Below the pieces are notes generated by a model, which saw only the letters and a program-made list of their open reading frames with translations, had not been told where the DNA came from and searched no databases. The position numbers and the translations under genes were made by a program. A stretch of 64,000 nucleotides of DNA from Lama glama (Eukaryota), in the NCBI GenBank assembly GCA_028534125.1, contig CM052817.1, positions 104,472,001-104,536,000 on the forward strand, read 5' to 3'. Positions 39,651 through 53,863 of the stretch are shown here, one piece after another. Each line of letters starts with the position of its first letter. The stretch's first letter is position 1.

Positions 39651-40111
39651 CAGTGATTCTCAAACTTTTTGGCCTCAAAACCCTTCTACAAATTATTTGA
39701 GCACATCAAAGAGCTTTGGTTTACATAGTTTATATCTACCAGTATTTACCATGTTAGGAACTGAAACTGAGAAATGTTTAAATATGCACTTACTAAATTA
39801 ATTAAAAATTAGAAACACTTGCATGTTAAGTAATATATTTTTATGGAAAATTATATTTCCAAGATAAAAAAATATTTAATGAGAAAAGTTGCTTTGCTTT
39901 TCATTTTGCAAATCTCTTTCATGTCTGGTCTAATGGAAGACAACTGAAATTTCATGTCTGTGCCTTCGTCCAGTCACATCCAGTATTCTGTAATACCATA
40001 CAGCTTCTGGAAAATCCCACCATACAAAAATCATTAAGAATTATTACTGAAGAGTTTTGACCACACTGACCCCCTTGAAAGTGTTCCCCGATGACACTTT
40101 GAAAAACCCTG
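39651..40111. mobile_element. hAT-Charlie (Charlie4a-like) DNA transposon
   Basis: Inverted termini cagtgattctcaaa and tttgaaaaaccctg, with 8-bp TSD-like flanks ctcgagag/ctcatgag. Confidence 0.75.
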
Positions 40112-41804
40112 CTCATGAGTAACACTTGATTCTTTTTAATGAATATCGTTCCATATAGTTCTAATTTCTTATATGATATAGTCAAAGTAGCCACACACTT
40201 CTACTGGGATTACGAATGTGAACGAGGGAGGATCTGTGGCTAAGCATTAAATCCTCAACAAGCAACAATAAGAGACCAACAGATGATGCGTAATAGCAGT
40301 GAGTTGTCCATAACAGTAGGAGCATGTTACAGAATGTGATGGAAGAAGGTATCAGAGCATCACCCGCCATATTGAAAAGTGACTGTCTCCAGACGACGGT
40401 AAAGAAGGGTGCAGCAGGGTGGAGCAGGCGGTTGTCTTAAGATGAAATTCCATGTGATCTTTATAGTGAACTTTCCTATAGATTGATGGAAGTAAATCTC
40501 AAGAAATAAGTTTTATTGCTCAGTAGGTCTGGAGAGGGCATGAGATTCTGCATTCCTAACGAACTCCCAGGTGATGCCCACATAGAACCATGCTTCCTGA
40601 AGCCTGGAATCTTGGAAGGAGAAGGTCTTCCTAACACAGACCTCTAAAGCATCCTCGCTTAGGCGCTAGATTCTCTTACAGCTCTCCCACACTGTTTAAA
40701 CTCTTTGAAAGATAGTCTCAGAACTTTGCTCAGGGAACAGTATCTAGCTAAAAGTTTTTAAAAATTAGTGGCAAAAGTGGCAAAATCCTAACAAAGCCTG
40801 GAGTTCAGTTAGCATTAATGACTGATGTCGGTTTCTTCGTTTGACAAACGTCCAACGGTCATGTAAGCTGCTGACGCGAAGGGAAACTGGGTGAGGGGTA
40901 TAAACAACCTTCATTATCTTTGAAACTTCCATAAATCTAAAGTGATTCTAAAATTAAAATTTTATTTTAAAATGTTCAAGAGTGAATAAGAGAAGAGGTA
41001 AAAGCTGAAATACTCTGCTTAGACTAGTGAGAAAAGTTACAGAAGGGGAGCCCAGCATCTTTCTTGTTCTCTGTCCTCTTTGACCTCTGCTAGCCCCCAG
41101 GACTGAAAAATCCTTGTCCTCCAAGGAGAAAAGTTTGGAAACCACCAAGTCTAACATTTTATTTAATAAGGGGGAGAAAGACGCGAGACCCAAAGATTAT
41201 GACACGTCTTTCACGTTTGTGTAAAGTGAGGACCAGAAGGCTAGAGTTCCTCATGTCATATTTGTTGCTTTTTACCAGCTGTCGGTTTGACTTAGGCATG
41301 CCTACTTTCTTCTCTAAAATAGAGGGGTTTTCTTCAACGTGACCACAGAGGTAGACTCACATATTTCACCCAAATTGTTCCCATGTGAGACGGACCTGTG
41401 TGGTCACACTAAGTAGACCAAAAGACAGATAGCCCACTTCCCATGAGAAAGGTGAGTTCTGTCTTCTCAGATGAAGTTCCTGTTTCCTGTGGTCCTAGAA
41501 GAGCATTTGCATGGAAGGTATGTTGGTTAGCTTGTCAATTGATCAGGTTAGAGGACTTTGCTAAGAGCACAAGTGATGGCTGAATATTTGGTTAGAGTCT
41601 CTGTATTCTTATCTTGATTGAGAAGCGCTAGGTTTGAATCTGAAGTTTTCCGGGACTACTTCTCTGGCATATTTCCCAAAGAACATGCCTGTTTTTCTAC
41701 CTGGTATCTGGCCAGTGAGCCACAGTTAGTGTGTTCACTTGTCACTTCTTTTTTTGAAAAAAAAAAGAAAAGAAAAGAAAAAAATATAAATATATAAAAT
41801 TCTT

Positions 41805-42080
41805 GGTTTTAATGGAAGTGTAGTCAAGTTACAATGTTAGTTTCAGGTGTACAGCAAAGCGATTCAGTTATACATATACATACATACATATATATTTTTT
41901 CAGTTCCTTTTCCATTACATGTTATTACAAGAAATTGAATATAGTTGCCTGTGCTACACACTAGGTCCTTGTTGTTTATCTGTTTTATATACAGTAACAT
42001 GTATCTGTTAATCCCAAACTCCTTTCTGTCCCTCCGTCCCTCCTCCTTCTCAGTAACCAGTTTATTTTCTGTGTCTGATT
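41805..42080 (-). mobile_element. L1 3' fragment abutting a SINE
   Basis: aagtgtagtc...acaatgttagtttcaggtgtacagc, as in the other copies. Confidence 0.88.
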
Positions 42081-42215
42081 TTTGGTTTGGTTTGGTTTGG
42101 TGGGGGGAGCATTAAGTTTGTTTATTCTTGTTTTTTAATGGAGGTACTGGGGATTGAACCCAGAACCTCATGCATGCTAAGTATGTGCTCTTCCACTGAG
42201 CTATGCCCTCCCCCC
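42081..42215 (-). mobile_element. tRNA-derived SINE (Vic-1-like)
   Basis: ctggggattgaacccag...ccactgagctatgccctcccc. Confidence 0.88.
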
Positions 42216-45200
42216 ATCAGTCGTTACTTCTAAAAAATACATCTACAAAGCAGGGTTTCCATTCATCCTTTGGCATCCTTTAGATTACCTGTAGGCTTGG
42301 AGTGATGGTTTTTGCCTCCAGGGGACCTCAAGCCTTGTAACACTGGCCTTTAATGCAGGTGATAGGTCCACCTGCTAGGCCTCCTGTGTGCTACGCAGGA
42401 GAAAGGAAAGAAACGTCACTTGAAACAAAACCTTTCTTTGTTCTTAGCCGCTCAGCGGCTCACTCCGCTGGGCTGCCTTGGCCCCCCAGTGCGGGAGCTG
42501 CCAGTGTCTGCCCATTTCTACTGTCTGAACTCAGGGGTTTGGGCGAGTACTTCTCAACCTTGTTACTACAGAGTCAGTTCCTCTGCTCCTAATACGTGTC
42601 CCTCTGGTCCCAGTTCCCTTCCCAGATCCTAAAGCCCAGGAAATACAAAAGGACAGGGCAGCCCAGCCGCGCAGTGTGTCCCCTTCACTCAGGACCCATC
42701 TCGGATAAGGTCAGGTGAATCACAGCAGGAGACTGTTGGAAACAAAATTCATACTGCAGTTCAAGCCAAAGAAAAGCATAGCTCTGCTTATCTAAAAAAA
42801 AAAAAAAAAAAAGAAAGATAAAAAACACTTTTAAAAGGAAAATCCAAGCCCCTCATTCAGAATTGCTTTCCGGTGATTTGAGAGGCAGGGTCTCAAACTG
42901 TGTGCTCAGAACAGAGGCACGAGGAGCACTTGCTGGAGGGCGGAAACGAGCTTGTTTTCAATAACAGGTTTATCTTTGAGGCTTGATGCTTTACAGATAA
43001 ATCTCTCCGCAGCCTGCCAGGATAATTGGACTAGAGGGCTCGCATGTTAATAGGTTTTGTTTTATTTCCAACTCATAGCCAGCTTGGCCGCGGTAATCCG
43101 TCTTATGCTCGTTATTTAAGAATATGCAAGATGGACCCGCGATGTTGCCCACGGAGGTGCTTTGCGGGAGACCACTGGGGAGAGGAAAAGAATGGGGGCA
43201 AGACACCTCTTCATAGCAGAATCGACTTTCAGAGATTGTGCTGGAACCCGGTAGGGGTGCAGTGGCGTGGAGGGGGGACAGACTCCTTAATAAAACCCTC
43301 GTACTTTTGATTTCTTCCTGCTCTCCTAGATCTTTCATCTGTTTCCTAGCTAGGTTTGCGGTAAAACGTGAGAACTAGTATTTCCTAAGTCGCGTAATAG
43401 ATCCTTGCAGGGGAATTAGTTTTCTTTTAACCTAATTTGGTAGATGGTTTGCAGTCTTGACAGAAGAGCCCGCATCGCCATGGATTTCTTGATACAACTA
43501 ACCAGTGTTGTCAAGGCAACACACTTCACTGCCTTCTCCTTTCTAAAAAACTATTCCAGCATTGCAAACCCGAAATCACAATCATCTCTCATAATACACA
43601 GGGTCAACTATACCCCCTGCCTGCACAAAGCTACTGCTTTTTTATAAGATATCATGTCATTAGAGTGAAAGAATCTGACTTGAGGGAACACGTATCTATT
43701 AAAGCATTAACGTTAAAATAACCCCACAGCCACTTAAGTCCTATCTCTGCATTTCCAGGAGATGTGGGGCTGTTGGCTACAGGCAGTTACATTTTTGGAG
43801 CTGTGTTAACATCGCGTATTTTGACTAATTTCTATGTAAATTGATTGCAATCAACAGCTTTTACACAGCTTGTGAAATTAAATCACATAAAAGACAAAGT
43901 ATTTTGGGGGGTTAATATCACCCACCTGTTGCAGATCCCCCCCCCCCCCGTTTTTAAGAGTCAAGGCCCAGTTTTGAGAGTTCTTTCCGTGTAATTGGGA
44001 GAAAGCCACAATTTCTCAAGAAGCTATGACAGCATCCTGACATCACGGGGGAGTTTCTCCCCAGAGATCTGGGCTCCCGAGAGGTTGATTTAGAGGGAAA
44101 TCTCCATGAAAGGATAAATAGGGATCATTTTGCTCTTTTTGTTAGCTCACTATTAACAAGAAAGCTGGGTGAGAGTAAGACTCTTACTGAGGTTTAAAGA
44201 TTTGAAGACTTGACTTATGAACCTAATCTTGGCAATACCGTTTACAGGCTACATTTATTTATCTAAATAATTGGAAGAAATTCTTAGTCACTCATTCAAT
44301 ACTGCTGATCTGGGTTTCCAGTCATTTTTTTTTCATACATAAGACTTACCCCCTCCTTACATTTTTGCTCAAAAATTGATCACATTAAAAGATACCATGT
44401 TTCATTTCACGATTCCCAAAGCTTTGAGACACAAATGTGGCTGTGTTTGTGTCTCTCTGTTTCATGTTGCTCATTTATTAGATAAAACATCCTTCAGCTC
44501 CTTTTGGCTGCCGTTCTTATTTCAATAAACTGAAGAGTTTTATCCACATCAAATTGGACAAGTCGTCATCTCCACCGCTGAAGCACTGCTGCTGTTTCCC
44601 TTCCATTATCGTGAGCTGATGATTTGACAGATGAGGGTTTCACACTTCAGTCGTCTACGGAACCTTTCAGGCTGCTCAGCTCAGCCCTCTCCTGTCCTGG
44701 CCTTTCAACAGTGATCAGCACTCCGACACAAGGCACAGTGGGTTTGAGCCTGCTGGTGGAGGCACAGCCCAAAACAGAAGGCAAGTGGTTAAGGAGGTTG
44801 TAGTGGAAGAAAGAGACTGAAGTAAGGTTAGAAAGCAAACACAAGGAAGATGCATTCGTACCGCGGTCCTGTATGCTGTTTAGATGGGGAGGAGTGTGCT
44901 TGCAAAAGGATTAGTGACCAAAGCAAAAAGGAATGTGGTCAATTAAATAACTCATAGTAGATAGATAGAAATATTTCAGCAGATACACAGATTATTAGGT
45001 CACTGAGGTCCGAGGGACATTCTCCTCCTGGGTTGCGGTGCGTAGATTTGGTGGACGTGTAGATGTCTGCAGTACCGACGTGCTTGGATGCATTACGTTA
45101 ATAGCCACAGTAATCGCTCAGGGCTTACTGGCTGCTTCCTGGTGCTACCGGTTTTGCTGTGTGCCTGACCTCTTGAACCCTCCCTAGAAACATAAACTGA

Positions 45201-45699
45201 GTGTCCTTGTCACAGTCACGGGGGAGTAAGTTGAAGCCAATGGAGGTTAAATCAGCTGTCTAAGGTCTCAGTCTGGGATGCAGACTTGAATCAGTGTCAT
45301 ATGCCAGGTCTGTGGCTTTCAGCACCATCTCACGGTGCCTCTGTGGTTCGGGGTAGGAGTGATCAGGTCCATCTGGATGGTTAGGAAACGCCTCCTAGGA
45401 GAGGAGGCAACTAAAACTGGTTATGAATGGTGACTGGATGTCTCCCAGTGAGACCCAGAGCACTGAGGACCTTCCAGGCAAGAAAACAGTACATTGAAAT
45501 GCACAGGTGTGAGCAACTCACAAGCTGAACACAGCTGGCTTTACCAGAGAGAAGGATGGTCACAGGCAAGTTTCTTAACCTCCCACCCTCGTCTACAGGG
45601 AAAGTATTAACAAGATGTCTGTCATAGACAGGTTGTGAGAATTAAATTAACAGTGTAAAGCTATGAATAATAATATTATTGTTAAAACAGCTAATAGAC

Positions 45700-46640
45700 G
45701 AGGTTAAATAGAAAGCAAATGCCAGATAAACACAGGATGCTTTCGTAAAGAATTTCAACTTTATCCAGAAGGAAATGGAAAGACGCTTAAGAGTATTAAG
45801 TAAGGAATTTGTATATTGTATTTTTGCAAGATGACGCCGCGGCAATGTGCGGAGAATGAATTGCCTGTGGGAGTGAGCGAGGCACAACGTGCAAGCTAGA
45901 AAACAAAATGATTCAACAAAGCAGCATCTGAGGGGATGGAGAGGAAGACACGTGGTGGGGTTTAGTCCCTGAGCCTCTGTGAGGGCTGAAGATGGAGGAG
46001 GAGGTGGAGGAAACAGCCCACAGTGGCTCTTAGCCTTCTGCCTTGAGTGACTGGGTGGAGTCTGATTATTCACTGGGGAAGAGTATATAGGCAGGTGGGC
46101 ACATCTGGGGATATAACAGAAGTTCAGTCAGGCCACGGGAGTTTGAGATGCCAGTGGCCAGCGAGGCCAGGAGGTGAGTCTGGACCAGATTGGTGTAGGA
46201 AGGACGTGTCTGGTTGTGGAAGCCCAGACACAGATGAATCAGTGGAGAATGAGAATGTGTGATTAGAATGTGGGTGAAGACAGAGCCCTGGGGACCAAGA
46301 TGAAGGGAAAGGTGGAAAAGAAAAGCCAGCAGAGGAGAAACAGCCGCAGCCAGAAAGGGGGCAAAGGACCAGTGGAGAGCGACACTCTTGGAACCAAATT
46401 TTTAAAAGAAATTGAAGAATCAGTAGTGTCAGGGGTTACAGACAGGATTGAGAGTAAACAAAAAATGAGGAGATCAGCGGGAATTTTGTCACAAGCCATT
46501 TCAGTGGGGTCCTGTTTCTGACAGTGGCATTTCAGAGGGTTGAGGAATCTGTAGACGGTGAGAGAGAGCTGACATTGGCGAAATGCAGAACATGCTTTCT
46601 AAAATGTTACCTTGGAAGCAAGAAGGAAATCAGTAGCTAT
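45700..46640 (-). mobile_element. Old L2-like relic
   Basis: Degenerate purine-rich pattern (agttcagt...gagtttgagatgcc) typical of antisense L2. Confidence 0.5.
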
Positions 46641-46679
46641 AGGTGAAGCATAGAACTGAAGAATGGAGTTTTTACTGGC

Positions 46680-49180
46680 GATAAACATAAACGAGTTCTT
46701 AAAAATCAGTAAGATGGGCAAACAATAGGAAAAAATATATAAGAAAAAGCAATTCACAAAGAAATGCAAATGGTCAGTAAACACACACACACACATGCAA
46801 TTCCACTTTAGCAGCAATCTAAAACGTGAAAATTTAAACAATAGCCTGGTACCAATTTTATCCTCTTCAATTGATATTTAAAACATGCTAGCAGTGTGAT
46901 CACTTGGTGTCATTTTCCTGGAGGGCAGTTTGGCCGCACGTATCGGAAGTCTTAAATATTTCATACAATTTCTCCCTTAAATTTCATGTCTACAAATTTA
47001 CTGTAATGAAGTAATCACTGCACAGTATTCTGCTACATGAATTCCTGGCACAGAAATGGTGAACAGCAAAATGTTAAAGCCGAAAATAATTGCACTCTTG
47101 GAGGAAAACGGAAGAGAAAATCTGTATGACTTTGAGATAGACCAAAATATTTAGATATTAGACCAAAACCAACCAAAATCTCCAACAGCGGCTGGTAATA
47201 TAGACTTCAGTTGAGTTGTATGCTAACCATTATGCAACCACTCAAATGAAATTCAGTGACATTTCATGATATATTAAGCTTAAAAAAACTTTTCTTTGAA
47301 GTATATTAGTATAATCTCTTTTTATTTAAAAATAAAACCTATTCAACGTTGTACTGAAGGTTCTAGCCAGTATAATAATGCAAGAAAAAAAAATCTAAAT
47401 TGGAAAGAACTAAGTAAAACTGTATTTGTTTGCAGATCACCTGATTACGTAGAAAATCTGGTGGGGTCTCCAAAAAGCTACAAGGACTACGGAGTGAACT
47501 TAGCAAGATTGCAGGGCACGAACTCAACATACAAAAATCAAATCTATTTCTATATAGTAATAAACTATATAGTAGAATTTTTTAAGCAACATAATTTGCA
47601 ATAGCATTAACATTATTAAATACCTAGGGATAAACCTGACAGAAGAAGCAGAAGACCTGTACCCTGAAAGAAACAAAACGTTGCTGAGAGAAATTAAAGA
47701 CCTGAAATAATGGAAAGATCTACCCATGGACTGGAAGACTCAACATTATGAAGAGGCCCGTTTTCCCCAGCCCAAATTCATCGGCATATGAACACAATTC
47801 CAATAAAAACCCCAGCAGACATTTTTAAAATAAATTGTCAAACTAAGTATAAAATGTATATAGAAATGCAAAGAAACTACAACAGCCAAACGAACTTTGA
47901 AAAAGAAGGACAAAATTAGAGAAATAATGTTCCTTGATGTAAAGGCTTTTACAGCTGCAGGAATTAAGGCCATGCAGCATAGTTGTCAAGACTGACAACT
48001 GGCAGTGGACCAGAATAGAGAATCCAAAAATAGACCCACACAGATACAGTCAAATAATTTTGACAGAGGTGCAAAAGCAACTCAGTAGGGAAAGGATGGC
48101 CTTTTTTATAAATGCAAAAAAATAAATTATGATCCACGTCTCCTGCCATACACAAAAATGAATTCAAAATGTATTCTATAAATGTAAAACCTAAAATAAT
48201 ACTTCTAGAAGAAAACACAGGGGAAACCTTCATGACTTTGGATTAAGCAAAGACATGTAGGTATGACACCAAAAGCAAGATTCATAAAAGGACAAATCGC
48301 TAAATTGGACTTTGTCAAAATTAAAAACATCTACTATTCAGAAGCCACTGTTAAGATAATGAAATGACAAATCACACACTGGGAAAAATATTCCCAAATC
48401 ATGTATCTGGCAAAGAACTTGTACCCCACATATATAAGGAACTTTAAAACCCCATAAATTAAAATGGGCAAGAAATTTCAGTAGACACTTCATCAAAGAA
48501 GATAAACAGCTGGCAAATAAAAACAAAAAGATGTTCAGCATCGTTAATCATGAGAGAAATGCAAATTAAAACCGCAGTGATACCACTACACACCTATTAA
48601 AATGGCCAAAATTAAACAGACTGATCACACCAAGAGTTGGGATCACTATGAAGGAACTGGCACCTTTCACACACTGCTTGTGGGAATATACAATGATGTA
48701 ACCACTTTGGAGAACAACTGGAGCTTTTTAAATAGTGACTCATGGATCTAACATAGGGTCTTGCCATTTCACCCCTGGGCATTTATCCAACAGAAATAAA
48801 AACCTATGTCCATACAACGACCTGTACGTGAAAGTTGACAGCATCTCTGATTTTAATAGCCCCAAACTGGATACACCCTGAATGTTCATCAAATAAATTG
48901 TGGAATATTCCATTCATATAAAACTCTACAAAATGCTTACTAATATATGGTGACCAAAAGCATATGACAGGCTGCCTGGGGGCCTGGGGAGGGCTGGGTG
49001 GGAGGGATTTCAAAAGGCAAAGGGGAAGATTCAGGGGATGACAGATGTGTTCACCTTCTTGATCGTGATGATAGTGTCAGAGGTGTATATGTCAAAATGT
49101 GTCAGCTCTTACATTTTAAATATGTGCAGGATACATGTCAATTATTTCTCTATGAAGTTGTGTTTTTAAATTGTGTAAAG
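46680..49180 (+). mobile_element. Older L1M fragments (ORF2 C-terminal half and 3'UTR), heavily mutated
   Basis: atacaaaaatca, attaaatacctaggg, tggaagactcaacatt, atgcaaattaaaacc and accactttgga motifs, with many stops and frameshifts. Confidence 0.88.
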
Positions 49181-51927
49181 AAGAAAACAGTTCGAGGCTT
49201 CATGTCTCCCAGTTGTTTCGCTCCTGCCTCTCCTTGCTAACTACAGGGCAGAAGGCTTCCTGGTTACCACTCCACTAGTAAGCACAGCTGACCTCCCTTC
49301 CCACACGTGCAAATGTCCTGGGACACTGTAAAGGAGAGTGTTCGTGCCGATTATGCAGATAGGTTCTGGGAGAAGCACTGTGGCCGAGAAGGGGACACTC
49401 CTCTTGGTAGCCATGGAGTGAATGGATGGATGGAGGCACACTCTGGTCCTCCTGGGCTCCACTGTCGGGAGGAATGAGGGGCCTGGGACACACATGCGGA
49501 CAAGCAGAGGATGGATGGTTGAGTTAGGTTGAGGATGGATGGTCTCTGGGAATGACTGAGACCCTCCCGTCATCCTTTAAGCCTTCTTCCCAAGTGGTCC
49601 TCTGTTAGACCCACTCTCCACATTCTCTGTGAGCCGGGAACCTCTGCCCACCAGAGCAGCCTCTAGGTGACCCTAATTGTCACCCAGGCTCCCAGTGGCT
49701 ATGTTTTTCCTGCTCCTTCTGTCCTCTGACCTCTTGTTAGCACAAAAGGAGCCTGCCTTTATAATTTCTTTACTGTTAACTACTTCCCGTATCTCCCCAC
49801 ATCCCTTCTGCTGGTGCACCGAAGAAATAAATGTATTCAAGATTAAATTTTCTTTTTTTTTTTTTGGATTCCACATGTAAGCGATATCGTATGGTATTTT
49901 TCTTTCTCTTTCTGGAAGCAGGTTTTCATGTTAAAGGGAAAGGAGATATACAAAGAGAGAGAGAAGTTAAAAATAAATGAAAAGATACAATCAGAGGGTG
50001 AAGTGTCATGGAGAATGACTCATTTGGACTGTAGAGGGACATGCTGTCCTCTTGAATAACAGGAAAGGAAGTGAGAAGGGTGTGATGCAGTTATAAATAC
50101 ATGTTTAGTCTGAAGACAGGAAGTTAAGGGAGTTGGCCCCTGAGACAGAGAATCAGCGTTCTCCAAAGTAAGTCATAGGTAAGACCGATTGTCAACACGT
50201 CAGTCCACCCAGAGAGGGACAAACTGGTCGCAGGGGCTACTGGTTCATCACCCTCTCTCCAGTTCCTCCTCCCCACAGCTACAAGAACGGGCTCTCTAAC
50301 ACCCCGCTAACTCTAACCCCTAAAATCCTTTCTACCTTACACCTTGGAAATTTGCTTACACTTGACCCAGACTTCAAATCCATGGTCTGGGACACACCAC
50401 ATCTTCCCCCTGCTCTCTGCAAGCACCTGTTTTATTTTCTCTGTCCCTACACACTCTGTACATACAGGCAATCCCACTGCTGTTCATATAAATCTGATCT
50501 CAAAAATCAACCACTTTGTAGATTTTGTCCCTGATACACTCACCTGAGTTCAGGAGCAGGAAAGGCATCCCATCATGAAGCCAGAGCCCCCGCCTTCCCC
50601 GGCGCCTCCCCGGCTCCACACCCCCGTCTCCTGGAAGGACTGACACGCTCTTCGTTGTCTCCTACGGAGAGGTCAGCCCAGGCTCGTGCCCCATGCGGTC
50701 TTGCTTTTCACTCCAACCAGTCAGAAAGAAAGATCTTTCGAACAAATTCCAGGAAGGAAATCTGGGAGGAACGTTATCAACTCCGCGCATATTAATCTAT
50801 CCGTGTCCCTCCCACCCCCCTCGTCCCCAACTTCGGGTTGATATTCAAGGCTCTTCGTCACCTGGTTCCGCCCAGTCTTCCCACCTCACCGCCTGCCCTT
50901 CCACCATGGAAACTGAGCGTTGCCTCTTCGTTTTTATAAGAACAAGTGATTAGAATGACATCAGATTGTCTTACTACTGAATTTGTATCCCTCTGCAGGG
51001 ATTCCATGGTACTAGAGAAGTTGGCAGTGAATCTGCTGTGGAAGAAGGTGTTTATTTTCAGAATTCAGTAACTGAGAATGAAGGGTGTACGCAAGATGCA
51101 GCCGACCCATTTTTATTAGATTTCCAAAGTGACAGGGCAAAAATGACAGACTATTAAATAAGGGCTTTTGAATAAGAGATTCTTTCATATTCACTTCTCA
51201 CTCTTAAGCTCCGGGAAGAAAAATGGAATCTGTCCCAGAATGTGAACAGCTTTCATGTGTGTCTCAAGAAATTCCCCACAGAGAGCAAGCAGTCAGACCA
51301 AAGAAATCATTGCCTGAAACAAACGCCTTGACAAGGACCTGAGGAAACCGTTCCGATGTCCTCGGAACTGAAGGGAGATTCTTAGCCACTCAGAAGCTTT
51401 CCCGGGTCAAAGCAACATCTTCATAAAAGGAGGAAAAGTGTCTCTGGAGCTGGCAGGATGGGACACAGTTGAGGGTTTTACGCAGCCAAACGCGGGAACA
51501 CAGTTGACTGTTTCCATGGCAACATGAACAGGCATCATCCGTTCTCTCCCACCACCCAGGAGGCTGGGAGGCAGCCTTTGGGGTTGGAACCTGTTCTGGG
51601 TTCTGCAAATGAGGAAATCTGGCCAGCTGTGGTTGCAGAGTCTTCTGTGTTCCCGACACATCAAGTTCCCAAACCACAAGTTTCATTTCCAGCCTGTGGA
51701 GATGATAGGTGCCTCCCGCCCTTCTCTGATCCAGGGCTTCCTTATTTTGTAAGAAGTGAGTGTACCTGGTATTATTAAACCAATCAAGGGAGTGCAGTTT
51801 AAAACAAACGGATTAAAACCTGGAAAGTGTCTCAGACCTCTGAGAATCCAGTGCAGATTACGGACTGCTCCCCGGAAAAAGGAAACACACACGTGACATT
51901 TTACACAGAGTTCAGGGAGTTTGTATA

Positions 51928-52415
51928 CAGGCATTCCACGTTATTGTGCGTTGCTTTATTGCGCTTCGCAGATGTTGCATCTTTTACAAACTGAGGAATT
52001 GTGGCAACCCTGCATCGATCAAGTCTGTCGGCACCGTTTTTCCAACAGCGTTTGCTCCCTTTGTGTCTCTGGGTCACATTTTGGAAATTTTTCCAATACT
52101 CCATAATTTTTCATTATTACTGTGTTTGGACGGTGATCTGTGACCAGTGATCTTTGATGTTATGATTGCAAAAAGATGAAAACTCACTGAAGGCTCAGAT
52201 GATGGTTAGCATTTTTTAGGAAAAAAAAGTAGTATTTAATCAAAGCACGTACATTGTTTTTTAGACATAATGCACACTTAGTAGACTACGGTATAGTGTG
52301 AACGTACTACTGTGTGCACTGGGAAAAAAAGAAAACTCATGTGACCCACCGATTGCGATGTTCACGTTATTGTGGTGGTCTAGAACTGACACCACTTACC
52401 TCTGAGGTGTTCCTA
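51928..52415 (+). mobile_element. Internally deleted Tigger1 derivative (Tc1/mariner; Tigger1a_Art-like)
   Basis: caggcattccacg...gaggtgttccta termini, TA on both flanks, and Tigger1 5' and 3' end sequences joined near 52165. Confidence 0.88.
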
Positions 52416-53410
52416 TATCCCTGGAAAGTCGAAGAGCTCTTTAATCCAAGGTCTTCAGTTTTAGGACAAAATTCTTTGCAAAGCCTGCATCTCCCAAGTG
52501 CCAAAAACAAGTTCAAAGGTAATATACTGAGCCAATTAATTATGCTTGAGATCAAAGGACTGATAAAACTGATTGTAAAATATATTAACAAAAATACTAT
52601 TTGTTTTACTTGTATTATTATTTCCAAAATCTGAATCAATACTGAAAGAGATTGAAGCTTCACTGGCGGCCACTGAAGCTGGAGTAGACGATGTGTTTAT
52701 CTGATTTATTTCAAATAAATATGTGGCTAAAATACTCTGAGAGTAGACACAGTGGCAACAGAAACAGCAATGACAAAAAATTCAAACCCAGTCACATTAT
52801 GTGCAATGTTCAGATGTGATACAGCTGCTAAAGTAGGTTGGAAATTGGGTGCAGGAATTTTTTTTGGTTTTTTTTTGGACTCATGACAGTAAGCATTGAC
52901 AGTGGGCTGTCAGTAGGATCGGCTAGCACTAGTCTACAGCAGCAGTTCCGGGGAGAAATGTCCCTTTTTCTTTGCTGCCACCCAAAGGAATATTTTAGAT
53001 AAATACAGATGTACACACACACACGCACACACAATAAGACAGAAAAGGGACAGAAGTACTTATGAAACAAAAGCCCATTATAAATGATCGATGGGCAATT
53101 ATACATTCCCCTGTTCTAACAAATACACAGATGTCCACAATTGTGACACTAATGTAAATGTCATGAAAGCAGGTATCTTGGCTACCTTGTCACCTGGCAC
53201 CTAGAATAAATATCTGATACCATGTGAGGCTTCAGTAATTAGCTTCTGAATGGAAAAACCTACTCCCCAATAAAATTAGACAAAATCTCCTAATACCTTA
53301 CTGTATTAAGTCGTATTAAGTAATAGCTAACTGTCTTACTCCAGGCAAATCATTTCAGTTCTCTGGGCCTCAGTTTATTCATCTGGAAAAAGGGGGTGAA
53401 TTTGGGTCTT

Positions 53411-53643
53411 AATTTTTTTCAATATATGCATATATATATTATTGAAGTATAGTTGATTTACAATGTTTCAGGTGTACAGCAAAGTAATACAGTTTTATTT
53501 ATATATATATTCTAGTTCAGATTGTTTTCCATTAGAGGCTATTACAAGATACTGAATACAGTTCCCTGTGCTGTACAGCAGGACCTTGTTGTTTATCTGT
53601 TTTATATACAGTAGTGCGTATCTGTTAATCCTAAATTCCAAAC
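53411..53643 (-). mobile_element. L1 3' fragment inserted in a MIR relic
   Basis: L1 3'UTR with TSD tgggtctt. The MIR core ctctgggcctcagttt...catctg lies at 53360-53392. Confidence 0.85.
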
Positions 53644-53718
53644 TGGGTCTTTTTAAACATCTTCTAGTTTCTGCTTCTGCTTAGCGCACAGGCACGTTCT
53701 CCTAAAGTACAAGGCTGC

Positions 53719-53863
53719 GGGGGGGAGGGTGTAGCTCAGTGGTAGAGTGTGTGCTTAGCATGCATGAGGTCCTGGGTTCAATCCCCACTGCCTGCATTAA
53801 AATAAATAAACCTAATTAGCCCCCCCCAAAAAATGTAAAAAATAAGTTAAATAAATGAATAAA
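53719..53863 (+). mobile_element. tRNA-derived SINE (Vic-1-like), full length
   Basis: gtagctcagtggtagag...gggttcaatcccc, with TSD taaagt(a/g)caaggctg(c/t)g. Confidence 0.92.

Noticed and set aside
50290..50325. Telomere-like ctaacc words
   Set aside because: Too short and degenerate to call an interstitial telomeric repeat.
53719..53800. tRNA gene
   Set aside because: A and B boxes are present, but so are an A-rich tail, a TSD and many dispersed copies. It is a SINE.
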